Shown here in pieces: positions 8,316-16,909 of a DNA stretch of 32,000 nucleotides (position 1 is the first letter of the stretch; each line of letters opens with the position of its first letter). A program made the position numbers and the translations under genes. The notes beneath the pieces were generated by a model. The model saw only the letters and a program-made list of their open reading frames with translations. It did not search any database and had not been told where the DNA came from. The DNA is from Candidatus Scatavimonas merdigallinarum (lineage in GTDB: Bacteria; Bacillota; Clostridia; Oscillospirales; Acutalibacteraceae): contig DVFW01000028.1 in the NCBI GenBank assembly GCA_018713055.1, positions 40,653 to 72,652 on the forward strand, given 5' to 3'.

Positions 8316-8357
8316 AGGGGTTGTTTGGAAAAATTTACGATAAGAAGGTGAAAAAAT

Positions 8358-10226
8358 TTGGAGCTGGCAGAACAGATTATAGCGGCAGTTTCGCAGGGGA
8401 ATGCGTTTTTAAACGGACTGGTTTGGGGGATACCCATGCTGGTGCTCATTTTGGGCACGGGCGTTTATATGTCTTTCAGAACAAGATTTTTTCAGATAAG
8501 AAAAGCAAAGCATATTATTGGGGAAACGTTTCTTGCCATATTCCGAAAAAAATCCGTTACAAAAACAAAGGATAAAAAGGCAATTTCACAGTTTCAGGCT
8601 TTGTCCACCGCGCTTGCGGCAACGATTGGTACAGGAAATATTGCCGGCGTGGCTACCGCTATTTCCATTGGCGGCCCGGGTGCGGTATTCTGGATGTGGG
8701 TATCGGCTTTTTTTGGCATGATGACCAGCTATGCTGAAAACGTACTGGGAATTTTCTTTCGCAAGAAAAACGATAAAAACGAATGGTCCGGCGGCCCCAT
8801 GTATTATCTGGAAAACGGCCTGAGCAGAAAAAAAGGCTGCAGGCGGCTAGGAAAATTTTTAGCCGTTGCTTTTGCAATTTTCTGCATATTGGCCTCTTTC
8901 GGCATAGGCAATATGACGCAGGTGAATTCTATTGCCACATCTCTGGAAACGGCGTTTACCCCCATGTTTGGGTTTGAAATCCCGCCGCTTGTCACGGGCA
9001 TTGTTCTGGCCGTTATAGCGGGCCTTGTTGTTATAGGCGGGATCAAGCGCATTGGCAAGGTGACAGAGAAGCTGGTTCCGATTATGGCGGGTTTATACAT
9101 ACTGGGTGCGCTGGCTGTTTTTTTCTTAAATTTTGAGCAAATACCGTATGTATTCGGCAGTATTTTTACAAGCGCCTTCAGCTTTGAGGCAATTGGCGGC
9201 GGCGTAGGCGGAGCCGTTGTCAGACAGGCGGTGGAAATAGGTTTTAAACGGGGTGTTTTTTCCAATGAGGCAGGGCTGGGCTCTTCCGTGATGGTAAACA
9301 GCTCGTCAGACGTAAAGGAGCCTGCAATTCAGGGGATGTGGGGTATTTTTGAAGTGTTTTTCGACACAATTATTGTCTGTACACTGACCGCGTTTATTTT
9401 ACTTTCCAGCACAACCGGCAACGCAGTACCGATTGACCAGGCGCTGTCCGGTGTCAGCACGCAGACGCAGTATGTGCAAATTGCAAACGGCAGCGATTAT
9501 GAAGGAGAAATTCCCCTGATCGATGCAAGATACAACGAGGCTATCCGGCAAACGGACAAGGAAGGCGGACGGCCCCTGCATGTGCAGACGGCTTATGGGC
9601 AAGAACTTACAATTTATACCGCTGGCACGGCAGATAAAACAGCAGAAGACTATATTTTTACCAACATTATGTCGGTAAAGGGGATTCCGCAGACAGACAC
9701 GCAGGGAAGGATTGTGACGGACGAAAACGGAAATCCGGTTATCGCATCGGTGAAAATAGAAAAGGTGCAGGGCATACCGCTGGTTACCTTTGCGTTTTCC
9801 CAGTGTTTTGGAGATTTCGCCGGAATTATCCTGGCGGTTGCCATATTGCTTTTTGCCTTTTCCACCGTACTGGGTTGGTCATTTTATGGGACAAAAGCGG
9901 CAGAATATCTGTTTGGCGGGAGGGCGACCATTCTTTATAAAGTTTTGTTTGTTGCCTTTATTGTGGTAGGCGCTACCATGAGCCTGGATCTGGCCTGGGG
10001 AATTGCAGACACGCTCAACGGGTTAATGGCCCTGCCAAACCTGATCGGCGTTTTGGCGCTTTCGGGTATTGTTGTAAAAATTACGGTCAATTATGTAAAG
10101 CGCAAGGCGTGCAAAAACCCCAGAATTATTGAACCTATGCTTTCTGCATATGCAGATATCCAGCATGAGCAGTATAAAAAGCTGGTGGAAGAAGACGATC
10201 TGGCTGCAAAGCCGCAGAGCAGGTGA
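8358..10226 (+). CDS. agcS: Alanine/glycine:cation symporter (AGCS) family transporter with a large extra loop
   Basis: TTG start with AAGGTG SD 7 nt upstream. AGCS hallmarks are present: SQFQALSTALAATIGTGNIAGVATAI, FSNEAGLGS and FAFSTVLGWSFYG. It is 622 aa, against roughly 450-480 aa for typical members. Confidence 0.85.
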   Translation: MELAEQIIAAVSQGNAFLNGLVWGIPMLVLILGTGVYMSFRTRFFQIRKAKHIIGETFLAIFRKKSVTKTKDKKAISQFQALSTALAATIGTGNIAGVATAISIGGPGAVFWMWVSAFFGMMTSYAENVLGIFFRKKNDKNEWSGGPMYYLENGLSRKKGCRRLGKFLAVAFAIFCILASFGIGNMTQVNSIATSLETAFTPMFGFEIPPLVTGIVLAVIAGLVVIGGIKRIGKVTEKLVPIMAGLYILGALAVFFLNFEQIPYVFGSIFTSAFSFEAIGGGVGGAVVRQAVEIGFKRGVFSNEAGLGSSVMVNSSSDVKEPAIQGMWGIFEVFFDTIIVCTLTAFILLSSTTGNAVPIDQALSGVSTQTQYVQIANGSDYEGEIPLIDARYNEAIRQTDKEGGRPLHVQTAYGQELTIYTAGTADKTAEDYIFTNIMSVKGIPQTDTQGRIVTDENGNPVIASVKIEKVQGIPLVTFAFSQCFGDFAGIILAVAILLFAFSTVLGWSFYGTKAAEYLFGGRATILYKVLFVAFIVVGATMSLDLAWGIADTLNGLMALPNLIGVLALSGIVVKITVNYVKRKACKNPRIIEPMLSAYADIQHEQYKKLVEEDDLAAKPQSR

Positions 10227-10281
10227 GCACCAAAGAAAAAAGACCCTTTTCAAACTTTATGGGAAAATTTTACGCAAGCCG

Positions 10282-10310
10282 TTGTGCGCTGCATACCAAA
10301 ATGCTATAAT
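10282..10310 (+). promoter_or_regulatory. Sigma-A-type promoter for metG
   Basis: TTGTGC, then 17 nt, then TATAAT with TGc (extended -10). A GC-rich leader hairpin follows at about 10335-10362. Confidence 0.5.
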
Positions 10311-10388
10311 AATAAAACCGGACACGGCAGCGGCGCCCGGCGGGTACCGCCGCATACGGTTAAATAGAAGGCTGGAGGAAGAAAGGTT

Positions 10389-12332
10389 ATGTCTAAAAAG
10401 AAGTATTACATTACCACGGCAATTGCCTACACATCACGCAAGCCGCATATCGGCAACAGCTATGAAATTGTGCTGACAGACGCGATCGCGCGTTATAAGC
10501 GAATGCAGGGATATGATGTTTTCTTCCTTACGGGTACGGACGAGCACGGGCAGAAAATTGAAGAATATGCAAAGGCCGCGGGCGTGACACCCAGGCAGTA
10601 TGTAGATGAGATAGCCGGGGAGATCCGCCGGATCTGCGATTTGCTCAACACCACCTACGACCGTTTTATCCGTACTACCGACGAATACCATGAAAAAACG
10701 GTGCAAAAAATCTTTAAAAAGCTCTATGCGCAGGGCGATATTTATAAAAGCCAATACGAGGGCCTGTACTGCACGCCATGTGAGAGCTTTTGGACAGAAT
10801 CCCAGCTGGTAGACGGAAAATGCCCCGACTGCGGCAGGGAAGTTAAAAAAGCAAAGGAAGAGGCGTATTTTCTGCGGCTGTCCAAATATCAAAAGCAGCT
10901 GGAACAGTTTATTGCGGACAACCCCGACTATATTTACCCGGAAAGCCGTAAAAAAGAAATGCTCAACAATTTTATCAAACCGGGACTGCAGGACCTGTGT
11001 GTGTCCAGGTCTTCGTTTCAATGGGGCGTTCCTGTGGATTTTGATCAGGGGCATGTCATTTATGTATGGATCGACGCGTTGTCCAACTATATTACGGCGC
11101 TTGGCTATGACCCGGACAACCCGTCGGAACTGTATAAAAAATACTGGCCTGCCGACGTACACATTATAGGGAAAGATATTCTGCGGTTTCACACCATTTA
11201 CTGGCCGATTATGCTGATGGCGCTTGGGGAGCCGCTGCCCAGGCAGGTGTTTGGGCATCCGTGGCTGCTGTTTGGGACGGACAAGATGAGCAAATCCAGA
11301 GGGAACGTCATTTATGCCGATGATCTGGTAGAGCTGCTCGGCGTGGACGCCGTGCGGTATTATCTGCTTTCTGAAATGCCCTATACGTCTGACGGTTCAA
11401 TTACGTATGAAACGATTATTGAACGCTTTAATTCCGATCTTGCCAACACGCTTGGCAACCTTGTCAACCGTACGATTGCCATGAGCAATAAATATTTTAA
11501 CGGGGAAATTCTGCCGCCCTCCTGTAACGAGCCGGTAGACCAGGCGCTTTCCTCCCTTGCACTGCAAACGGTTAAAACGGTGGATGAGTTGATTGCCCAG
11601 TTCCGTATCAGCGACGCGCTGGACGCTATTATGAGTCTTGCGCGGCGCAGCAATAAATATATTGATGAAACGGCGCCCTGGATCCTTGCCAGGGATGAAT
11701 CCAGGAGGGAGCGGCTGGCCACGGTGCTGTACAATCTGCTGGAAAGCATCCGTTTTATAGCCGTGCTGTTGTCCCCTTTTATGCCGGACACAGCAAAGGA
11801 AATTTTTGCCCAGCTGCGCTGTACGCAAACCGGCTATGAAAGTCTTTCTGCGTTTGGTGCGCTGAAAGAAGGGGAAAAGGTGGGGACGCCCGTACCGCTT
11901 TTTTCAAGGATTGACGCGGAAAAAATGCTTGCCCAGGTAGCGAAAAAGCAGAAAGAAACATCTGCTGATGAAAAGCGGGAACAGAAGCCGCAGACAGAAG
12001 GGCTTGCCCAGATTGGGATAGAGGATTTTGCAAAGGTGGAGCTGCGCGTGGCGGAGGTTCTTACATGCGAGCCTGTAAAGAAAGCAAAGAAGCTTTTAAA
12101 GCTGACGCTTGACGACGGCATGGCGCAGCGCACGGTTGTTTCTGGAATTGCGCAATATTATAAACCGGAGGAGCTTGTGGGCAAAAAGGTAATTTTGGTT
12201 GCAAATTTAAAACCGGCCGTTTTGTGCGGGGTGGAAAGCCAAGGGATGCTATTGGCTGCAGACGTGCAGGATGCAGGCGTAAAGGTGTTGTTTGCAGACG
12301 AAAACATACCTGCAGGCAGCCGGATCAGATAA
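10389..12332 (+). CDS. metG: Methionine--tRNA ligase with a C-terminal tRNA-binding (Trbp111/EMAP-like) domain
   Basis: HIGN (HIGH-type) motif, CxxC...CPDCG zinc knuckle and KMSKS motif. The C-terminus has VELRVAEV...GKKVILVANLKP (OB tRNA-binding domain). Confidence 0.95.
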   Translation: MSKKKYYITTAIAYTSRKPHIGNSYEIVLTDAIARYKRMQGYDVFFLTGTDEHGQKIEEYAKAAGVTPRQYVDEIAGEIRRICDLLNTTYDRFIRTTDEYHEKTVQKIFKKLYAQGDIYKSQYEGLYCTPCESFWTESQLVDGKCPDCGREVKKAKEEAYFLRLSKYQKQLEQFIADNPDYIYPESRKKEMLNNFIKPGLQDLCVSRSSFQWGVPVDFDQGHVIYVWIDALSNYITALGYDPDNPSELYKKYWPADVHIIGKDILRFHTIYWPIMLMALGEPLPRQVFGHPWLLFGTDKMSKSRGNVIYADDLVELLGVDAVRYYLLSEMPYTSDGSITYETIIERFNSDLANTLGNLVNRTIAMSNKYFNGEILPPSCNEPVDQALSSLALQTVKTVDELIAQFRISDALDAIMSLARRSNKYIDETAPWILARDESRRERLATVLYNLLESIRFIAVLLSPFMPDTAKEIFAQLRCTQTGYESLSAFGALKEGEKVGTPVPLFSRIDAEKMLAQVAKKQKETSADEKREQKPQTEGLAQIGIEDFAKVELRVAEVLTCEPVKKAKKLLKLTLDDGMAQRTVVSGIAQYYKPEELVGKKVILVANLKPAVLCGVESQGMLLAADVQDAGVKVLFADENIPAGSRIR

Positions 12333-12445
12333 AGAGAATATACCGGGGAAAAGAAGGCGGAGCACATGTAAAACACGGTGCTTTGCCGTCGGCAGACACG
12401 ATGGGGAATATTTCTATTCTGTTTTAAAGGGGGGCAGGGAAAACC

Positions 12446-13237
12446 ATGATTTTTGACGTGCATGCGCATTACGACGACGAAGCCTTTGACCCGGACCGCG
12501 AAACGCTTTTAAAAAGCCTGCCCGAAAAGGGCGTAGCAGCGGTGGTGAATGCTTCTACCAACGCACAGACAGCGCAGGAAGGACTGAAATATGCGGAGCA
12601 ATATTCGTTTTTCTGGACGACGGTAGGGTATCATCCGCAATGCGCCGATAAAGCCGGAGAAGGCTATTTGACCGAGATGGAGCAGTTGCTGCGGCATCCA
12701 AAAGCCGTGGCGGTTGGGGAAATTGGACTGGATTATTATTGGGACGACGTTCCGCGCGAGCTGCAAAAAAAGGTGTTTGAACAGCAGATTGTTTTAGCAC
12801 TGGAGTTGGACCTGCCGGTAGTGGTACACGACAGGCAGGCCCATCAGGACACGATGGAGCTGCTCAAAAAGTATAAGCCGCGCGGTTTTGTGCACTGCTT
12901 TTCCGGCAGTGTGGAAATGGCAAGGGAACTGTACAGGCTGGGCATGTCTGTCAGTCTGGGCGGCGTGGTTACATTTAAAAATGCACGCCACAGCACAGAG
13001 GTGGTCAGGGACGCGCCTTTGGACCGGTTGCTGCTTGAAACAGACGCGCCGTATCTTGCCCCCGTGCCGTTTCGAGGCAAACGATGCGATTCGTCGATGA
13101 TTCTTTATTCTGCAGAGAAAATGGCGCAGCTGCGTGGGATGCCTGTGGAGACGTTATTGAGGGCGACGGCGGAAAACGCCTGCGCAATGTACGGTATAGA
13201 TCCAAAGCTGCTCAGGGGAAAGGAAGCAACGCCATGA
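12446..13237 (+). CDS. tatD: TatD-family metal-dependent hydrolase/DNase
   Basis: MIFDVHAHYDD, GEIGLDYYW, VVHDR, VHCFSG and LLLETDAPYL motifs. The metG-tatD order matches Bacillus metS-yabD. Confidence 0.9.
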   Translation: MIFDVHAHYDDEAFDPDRETLLKSLPEKGVAAVVNASTNAQTAQEGLKYAEQYSFFWTTVGYHPQCADKAGEGYLTEMEQLLRHPKAVAVGEIGLDYYWDDVPRELQKKVFEQQIVLALELDLPVVVHDRQAHQDTMELLKKYKPRGFVHCFSGSVEMARELYRLGMSVSLGGVVTFKNARHSTEVVRDAPLDRLLLETDAPYLAPVPFRGKRCDSSMILYSAEKMAQLRGMPVETLLRATAENACAMYGIDPKLLRGKEATP

Positions 13238-14118
13238 AAAAAGTGGTAGCTGTGGCGGCACTGTGCATATTGTTGGCCCTTGTGCCGGTTTGTACCGTTT
13301 ATGCCTCCCGGCCGTTTCATTACAGTATGGATATCCCTGCGGCGATTACATTGAAAAAGAGCGCGCAGGCAGAACTATGCCTGTCAAGCCCCTCCGGCGT
13401 ACAGCTGGGCGCCGCCGTTTTTACTGTGCGGTACGACCCAAACGTGCTTACCTATAAAGAGGCGGATATAGCTGACGGAATGCCGGGAGAGATGCGCGCC
13501 GTTGAAGACGGCGGCCTTGTTAAAATTGTATATTTAAACGCAAACGGGACAACCCTGCCTGCGGCGGAGGAAACTCCTGTGATTCTGTTGCGTTTTACTG
13601 CGTTGTCTACCCAGTGCAAAACAACGTTAACGCTGTATACAGAGCAGGCGGTGGATATAAATGAACAAAAAATGGCGGTTCAGGACCCGGTAGAGTACCA
13701 GGTGACTTTACAGGAAAAGGAAACAGCCTCATCTGCGTCGGCCTCCGGCCGAAGGGTGTCTGCAAGCTCGGCCAGCTCTATGTCCGGCGGCGGGGGCAGT
13801 ATATTGGTAGAAGGCAATACGCAGCAGCCGCAGCTGCTGGAGGATGGCTCTTATGCCCCTGCAGATACGCTTACAATCGGCGGACAGGATCAAACGGTTT
13901 TTGGGAACGGTGGGTTTGTGCTGTTTCTTTGCGGCGTGGCAGCGGCTGTTATTGTTATTGTAGTCGTCGCGGTTGCTTATACGGCAGGACTGCATAGAAA
14001 AAGAGAGCAGGCCCAAGGGGAAACCGCCGGGCGAACAGAGGAGCAGCAGGATAAGCAAACGGAAGATATCCGCCAGGAAGAGCCGGAACAGGAAGAGACA
14101 GAAAAAAAGAGGCGATAG
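13234..14118 (+). CDS. Type-I membrane protein with an N-terminal signal peptide, cohesin-like beta domain, Ser-rich linker, one TM helix and an acidic/basic cytoplasmic tail
   Basis: Start was re-set to ATG 13234, which overlaps the tatD stop (ATGA). Signal peptide is MKKVVAVAALCILLALVPVCTVYA. The cohesin-like pattern is GAAVFTVRYDPNVLTY...GGLVKIVYLNANG...PVILLRFTAL. The TM helix is FVLFLCGVAAAVIVIVVVAVAY. Confidence 0.6.
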   Translation: MKKVVAVAALCILLALVPVCTVYASRPFHYSMDIPAAITLKKSAQAELCLSSPSGVQLGAAVFTVRYDPNVLTYKEADIADGMPGEMRAVEDGGLVKIVYLNANGTTLPAAEETPVILLRFTALSTQCKTTLTLYTEQAVDINEQKMAVQDPVEYQVTLQEKETASSASASGRRVSASSASSMSGGGGSILVEGNTQQPQLLEDGSYAPADTLTIGGQDQTVFGNGGFVLFLCGVAAAVIVIVVVAVAYTAGLHRKREQAQGETAGRTEEQQDKQTEDIRQEEPEQEETEKKRR

Positions 14119-14121
14119 AGT

Positions 14122-14607
14122 ATGAGCGAAAAAGGAGAAAGAGCAAAAGCGTTGTTTGAACAGGGGTATAATTGCGCGCAGGCGGTTTTTGGCGCGTTTT
14201 GTGAAGAAACAGGGTACAGCTTTGAAAACGCAACGCTGCTTGCGTCTGCTTTTGGAGGAGGTATGGGCAGAATGCGCGAGGTCTGCGGCGCGGTCTCAGG
14301 TATGATGCTGGTCATAAGCCTTTTATACGGCTATAATGATGCAAAGGCAATCACAGAAAAAAAGAATCTTTACCAAACGGTGCAGGCAATTGCAAACCGT
14401 TTTAAGGAAAAAAACGGGTCGATTGTTTGCAGAGAGCTTTTGGGAATCCGTGCAAAAGACAAACCGCAATCGCCTGTTCCTTCGTTGCGTACGCAGGCTT
14501 ATTATAAAAAACGGCCATGCCCTCTTTTGATAAAAGACGCGGCAGAAATTCTGGAGGAATATATACAGGCGCATCCGCCGGTAAATCAAAAGAAAGGTTC
14601 AGTATGA
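14122..14607 (+). CDS. C_GCAxxG_C_C family (putative redox-active) protein
   Basis: GYNCAQAV (GCAxxG-type) and CGAVSG motifs, with further conserved Cys residues. Starts 3 nt after the upstream stop codon. Confidence 0.8.
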   Translation: MSEKGERAKALFEQGYNCAQAVFGAFCEETGYSFENATLLASAFGGGMGRMREVCGAVSGMMLVISLLYGYNDAKAITEKKNLYQTVQAIANRFKEKNGSIVCRELLGIRAKDKPQSPVPSLRTQAYYKKRPCPLLIKDAAEILEEYIQAHPPVNQKKGSV

Positions 14608-15281
14608 CGATGAAGCAACACAACAGCAGTGCTTTTGGGGCGTGGGAGTATGATCGGAGGATTACGACGGTTATCCCGTATTATATGGATATGTGCGCCC
14701 AGATTCTGGATCTGGCGGCTGCCTTTTCGTTTGAAAAACCAAATTGGCTGGACACGGGCTGCGGCACGGGCACACTGGTACAAATGGCGCAAGAGCGTTT
14801 TCCAGATGCGTCTTTTACATTGTGCGACCCATCGCAGGAAATGCTGTGTACAACAGCGCGCAGGCTTGCAAATAAGGGTTACAGCTTTTTTTGCATACCA
14901 TCACAGGAAATGGATTTTATAGAAGAGTTTGACATTGTAACGGCTGTTTTTGCGCATCACTATTTGTCTTTGGAACAGCGCAAGCAGGCGGTAAGCCGCT
15001 GCTGCAGCGCGCTTAAAAAAGGCGGGGTGTTTATTTCTTTTGAAAATGTTTTGCCAAACAGCAAAGCTGGAAAGACGGCCGGCTTGAAGCGATGGGCATA
15101 TTTTCAGCAGCAGAAAGGAAGAAAAAAAGAAGAGATACGGGCGCATTTGCAAAGAATGAATCAACAGGTTTTTCCGATAACATTGAAGCAACAAACGGCA
15201 ATTTTACAGGAATGCGGATTTAAGACAGTGGAGCTGCTTTGGGCATCATATATGCAGGCAGGACTGTATGCTGTGAAATAA
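14604..15281 (+). CDS. Class I SAM-dependent methyltransferase (CmoA-like fold)
   Basis: Start was re-set to ATG 14604, which overlaps the upstream stop (ATGA). Motif I is WLDTGCGTGTL, with the acidic residue in LCDPSQEM. Confidence 0.8.
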   Translation: MTMKQHNSSAFGAWEYDRRITTVIPYYMDMCAQILDLAAAFSFEKPNWLDTGCGTGTLVQMAQERFPDASFTLCDPSQEMLCTTARRLANKGYSFFCIPSQEMDFIEEFDIVTAVFAHHYLSLEQRKQAVSRCCSALKKGGVFISFENVLPNSKAGKTAGLKRWAYFQQQKGRKKEEIRAHLQRMNQQVFPITLKQQTAILQECGFKTVELLWASYMQAGLYAVK

Positions 15282-15358
15282 AAGCAGAAAATGATTGGGT
15301 GCTTGGAATAATATAGAACTGTGCGCATATACTTCTTTAAGAAAAGCTCACTTATGCC

Positions 15359-15387
15359 TTGACAAACGCATGAAGTTATGGTATTAT
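15359..15387 (+). promoter_or_regulatory. Sigma-A-type promoter of tRNA-fMet
   Basis: TTGACA, then 17 nt, then TATTAT with TGg (extended -10), about 27 nt upstream of the tRNA 5' end. Confidence 0.6.
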
Positions 15388-15413
15388 AAAAAAGTTCCAA
15401 TAAAAGAATATAT

Positions 15414-15490
<77 letters not shown>

Positions 15491-15492
15491 TC

Positions 15493-15530
15493 TCGTCGCG
15501 GACTTTGTATTGTTCGCGACGACTTTTTTT
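15493..15530 (+). terminator. Rho-independent terminator after tRNA-fMet
   Basis: Stem TCGTCGCG/CGCGACGA with a 14-nt loop, followed by T7. Confidence 0.8.
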
Positions 15531-15817
15531 GAAAAATCATCGGCGCACGCGCGCCGTCGCGCATCCTTTCCGAAAAAGATTACGCGTGGCTTTGGTTTGC
15601 TAGCAACCTTTTGTGATTTGGGCTTGCTTTACAGCCCATGTTTGTGTACGGCGTCTTTTTTATCAACGCTTCCCACGCCGGACATCCCTTTCCAGCCGGA
15701 CATTTTGTTTTCAAGATGCTGTCCACCGATGAACCAGCTTATGGCTAAGTAGATGTAATCAAGAAAAGAAAGGAAAAGCACAATCCAGACGGAACCGGCG
15801 GTTGTGTCAAGAAATGT

Positions 15818-15846
15818 TTGTGAGTTAGCAAGAAATTTGATATAAT
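15818..15846 (+). promoter_or_regulatory. Sigma-A-type promoter of the XRE-remnant/membrane-protein unit
   Basis: TTGTGA, then 17 nt, then TATAAT with TGa (extended -10). Confidence 0.55.
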
Positions 15847-15888
15847 GGGAGCAGAAACCCCGGAGCAGGGAGAAAGGCAGGAGGATAA

Positions 15889-16011
15889 ATGCACATAAGT
15901 TATAAACCCCTCTGGCACACGCTGGTTCGTATCTGCGAAACCCTGAATTGTGGTATTTTAGATGTGATTGAATTGGAGCCGGACGAAATTACCGCAGAGA
16001 TAACAGAGTGA
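15889..16011 (+). pseudogene. Remnant of a short XRE/Cro-type HTH regulator gene with the HTH core apparently deleted in frame
   Basis: The 40 codons MHISYKPLWHTLV|RICETLNCGILDVIELEPDE resemble the two ends of roughly 65-70-aa XRE proteins (MxISYxKLWxxL...ICxALxCxIxDIxE). The central ~25-30 aa recognition helices are missing. GGAGGA SD is present. Confidence 0.5.
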
Positions 16012-16043
16012 TAAACCGGAATTTGCGGAGGAGAAAAACAAAA

Positions 16044-16469
16044 ATGAAAAGATGGAAAGCCTTATATTATTTAACAACAGTTATGAGTATGTTTGTTGGT
16101 CTATGGCATTTCTTTGTCCCAACAATGTTTCAATGGTATGATTATTTGCCAATGCAATATGAAAATTTGATTGTGGGGATTGACTATACTAATTATTGCT
16201 TTTCAACATTATTATTCGGAGGAAGCCTGCTTTTGGTGTTTTGGGGTAAGCGTGTTTTTACGGACAATAAAGAATCAAAAGAATTATATTTCTTTTATAG
16301 TATTGTTTGGCTTATTCGGGCGGCACTTGCTACATTTATTGAACCGTGGCCATTAGAACCTGTAGCATGGGCGGCGATACTCCAATTAGTAATGTCTGAC
16401 CTGTTAGCTATATGTATGGTTGTAATGAGTATAAAATTTATTAAAATGATTAAAAGCAAGGCCAAGTGA
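16044..16469 (+). CDS. Small AT-rich integral membrane protein (about 4 TM), unknown function
   Basis: Start was re-set to ATG 16044 (MKRWKALYYL), with GGAGGAG SD upstream. Four hydrophobic segments are visible. Codon and base composition are clearly more AT-rich than the neighbouring genes. Confidence 0.6.
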   Translation: MKRWKALYYLTTVMSMFVGLWHFFVPTMFQWYDYLPMQYENLIVGIDYTNYCFSTLLFGGSLLLVFWGKRVFTDNKESKELYFFYSIVWLIRAALATFIEPWPLEPVAWAAILQLVMSDLLAICMVVMSIKFIKMIKSKAK

Positions 16470-16510
16470 TAAATCCCAGCTTATCGAATAGACTGTTACC
16501 ATGAGCAATT

Positions 16511-16534
16511 CAGCCAGCCGGAACCGGCTGGCTG
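16511..16534. terminator. Bidirectional hairpin between convergent ORFs
   Basis: Perfect 11-bp stem CAGCCAGCCGG/CCGGCTGGCTG with loop AA. The flanking U-tracts are weak. Confidence 0.5.
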
Positions 16535-16539
16535 TTCTG

Positions 16540-16779
16540 TTACTCCTTATGCTTCAACACCGCTTTAATCATGGCAAATACAAGCGCCTGTTTACTGGGA
16601 GAAGTATCTTCCCAGAGTGCTTCTATCTCCCGGATGGTACTGATTTCATTTTCTTCCAATTCGTCTTGAAGAAGATAATCCGGCGAGATTTTTAAAGTCT
16701 TGCAAATGTCTATGAATACCGGCAGGCTGGGCATTTTCACGATAATGCCGACAGAGCGGATAACAACTGCACTTTGCAA
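16540..16779 (-). pseudogene. N-terminally truncated/degenerate XRE-family HTH gene fragment
   Basis: ...VKMPSLPVFIDICKTLKISPDYLLQDE matches the C-terminal helices of the XRE HTH domain plus a tail. Only a TTG start is available and there is no SD. The frame is open only back to 16815, and helix 1 is missing. Confidence 0.45.
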
Positions 16780-16823
16780 GCAAAGTTGTGTGCCAAATGG
16801 GGGCGTTGCCCCCTTTTAGCCCC

Positions 16824-16875
16824 ACAAGAAAAAGCGGTATGCGCCCCTACAGGGGCGCATACCGCTTTTTCTTGT
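16824..16875. terminator. Perfect 25-bp-arm palindrome (bidirectional intrinsic terminator)
   Basis: ACAAGAAAAAGCGGTATGCGCCCCT-ac-AGGGGCGCATACCGCTTTTTCTTGT. The GC-rich core is flanked by A5 and T5. Confidence 0.8.
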
Positions 16876-16909
16876 TTTCAGCCCTCCGGCTGTATTGGTT
16901 GAACAAAAG

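Noticed and set aside
10311-10388. Possible T-box leader upstream of metG (GGGTACCGC resembles part of the T-box)
   Set aside because: The leader downstream of the promoter is only about 70 nt, far shorter than a T-box. It has no specifier-loop or terminator/antiterminator architecture, only a GC hairpin.
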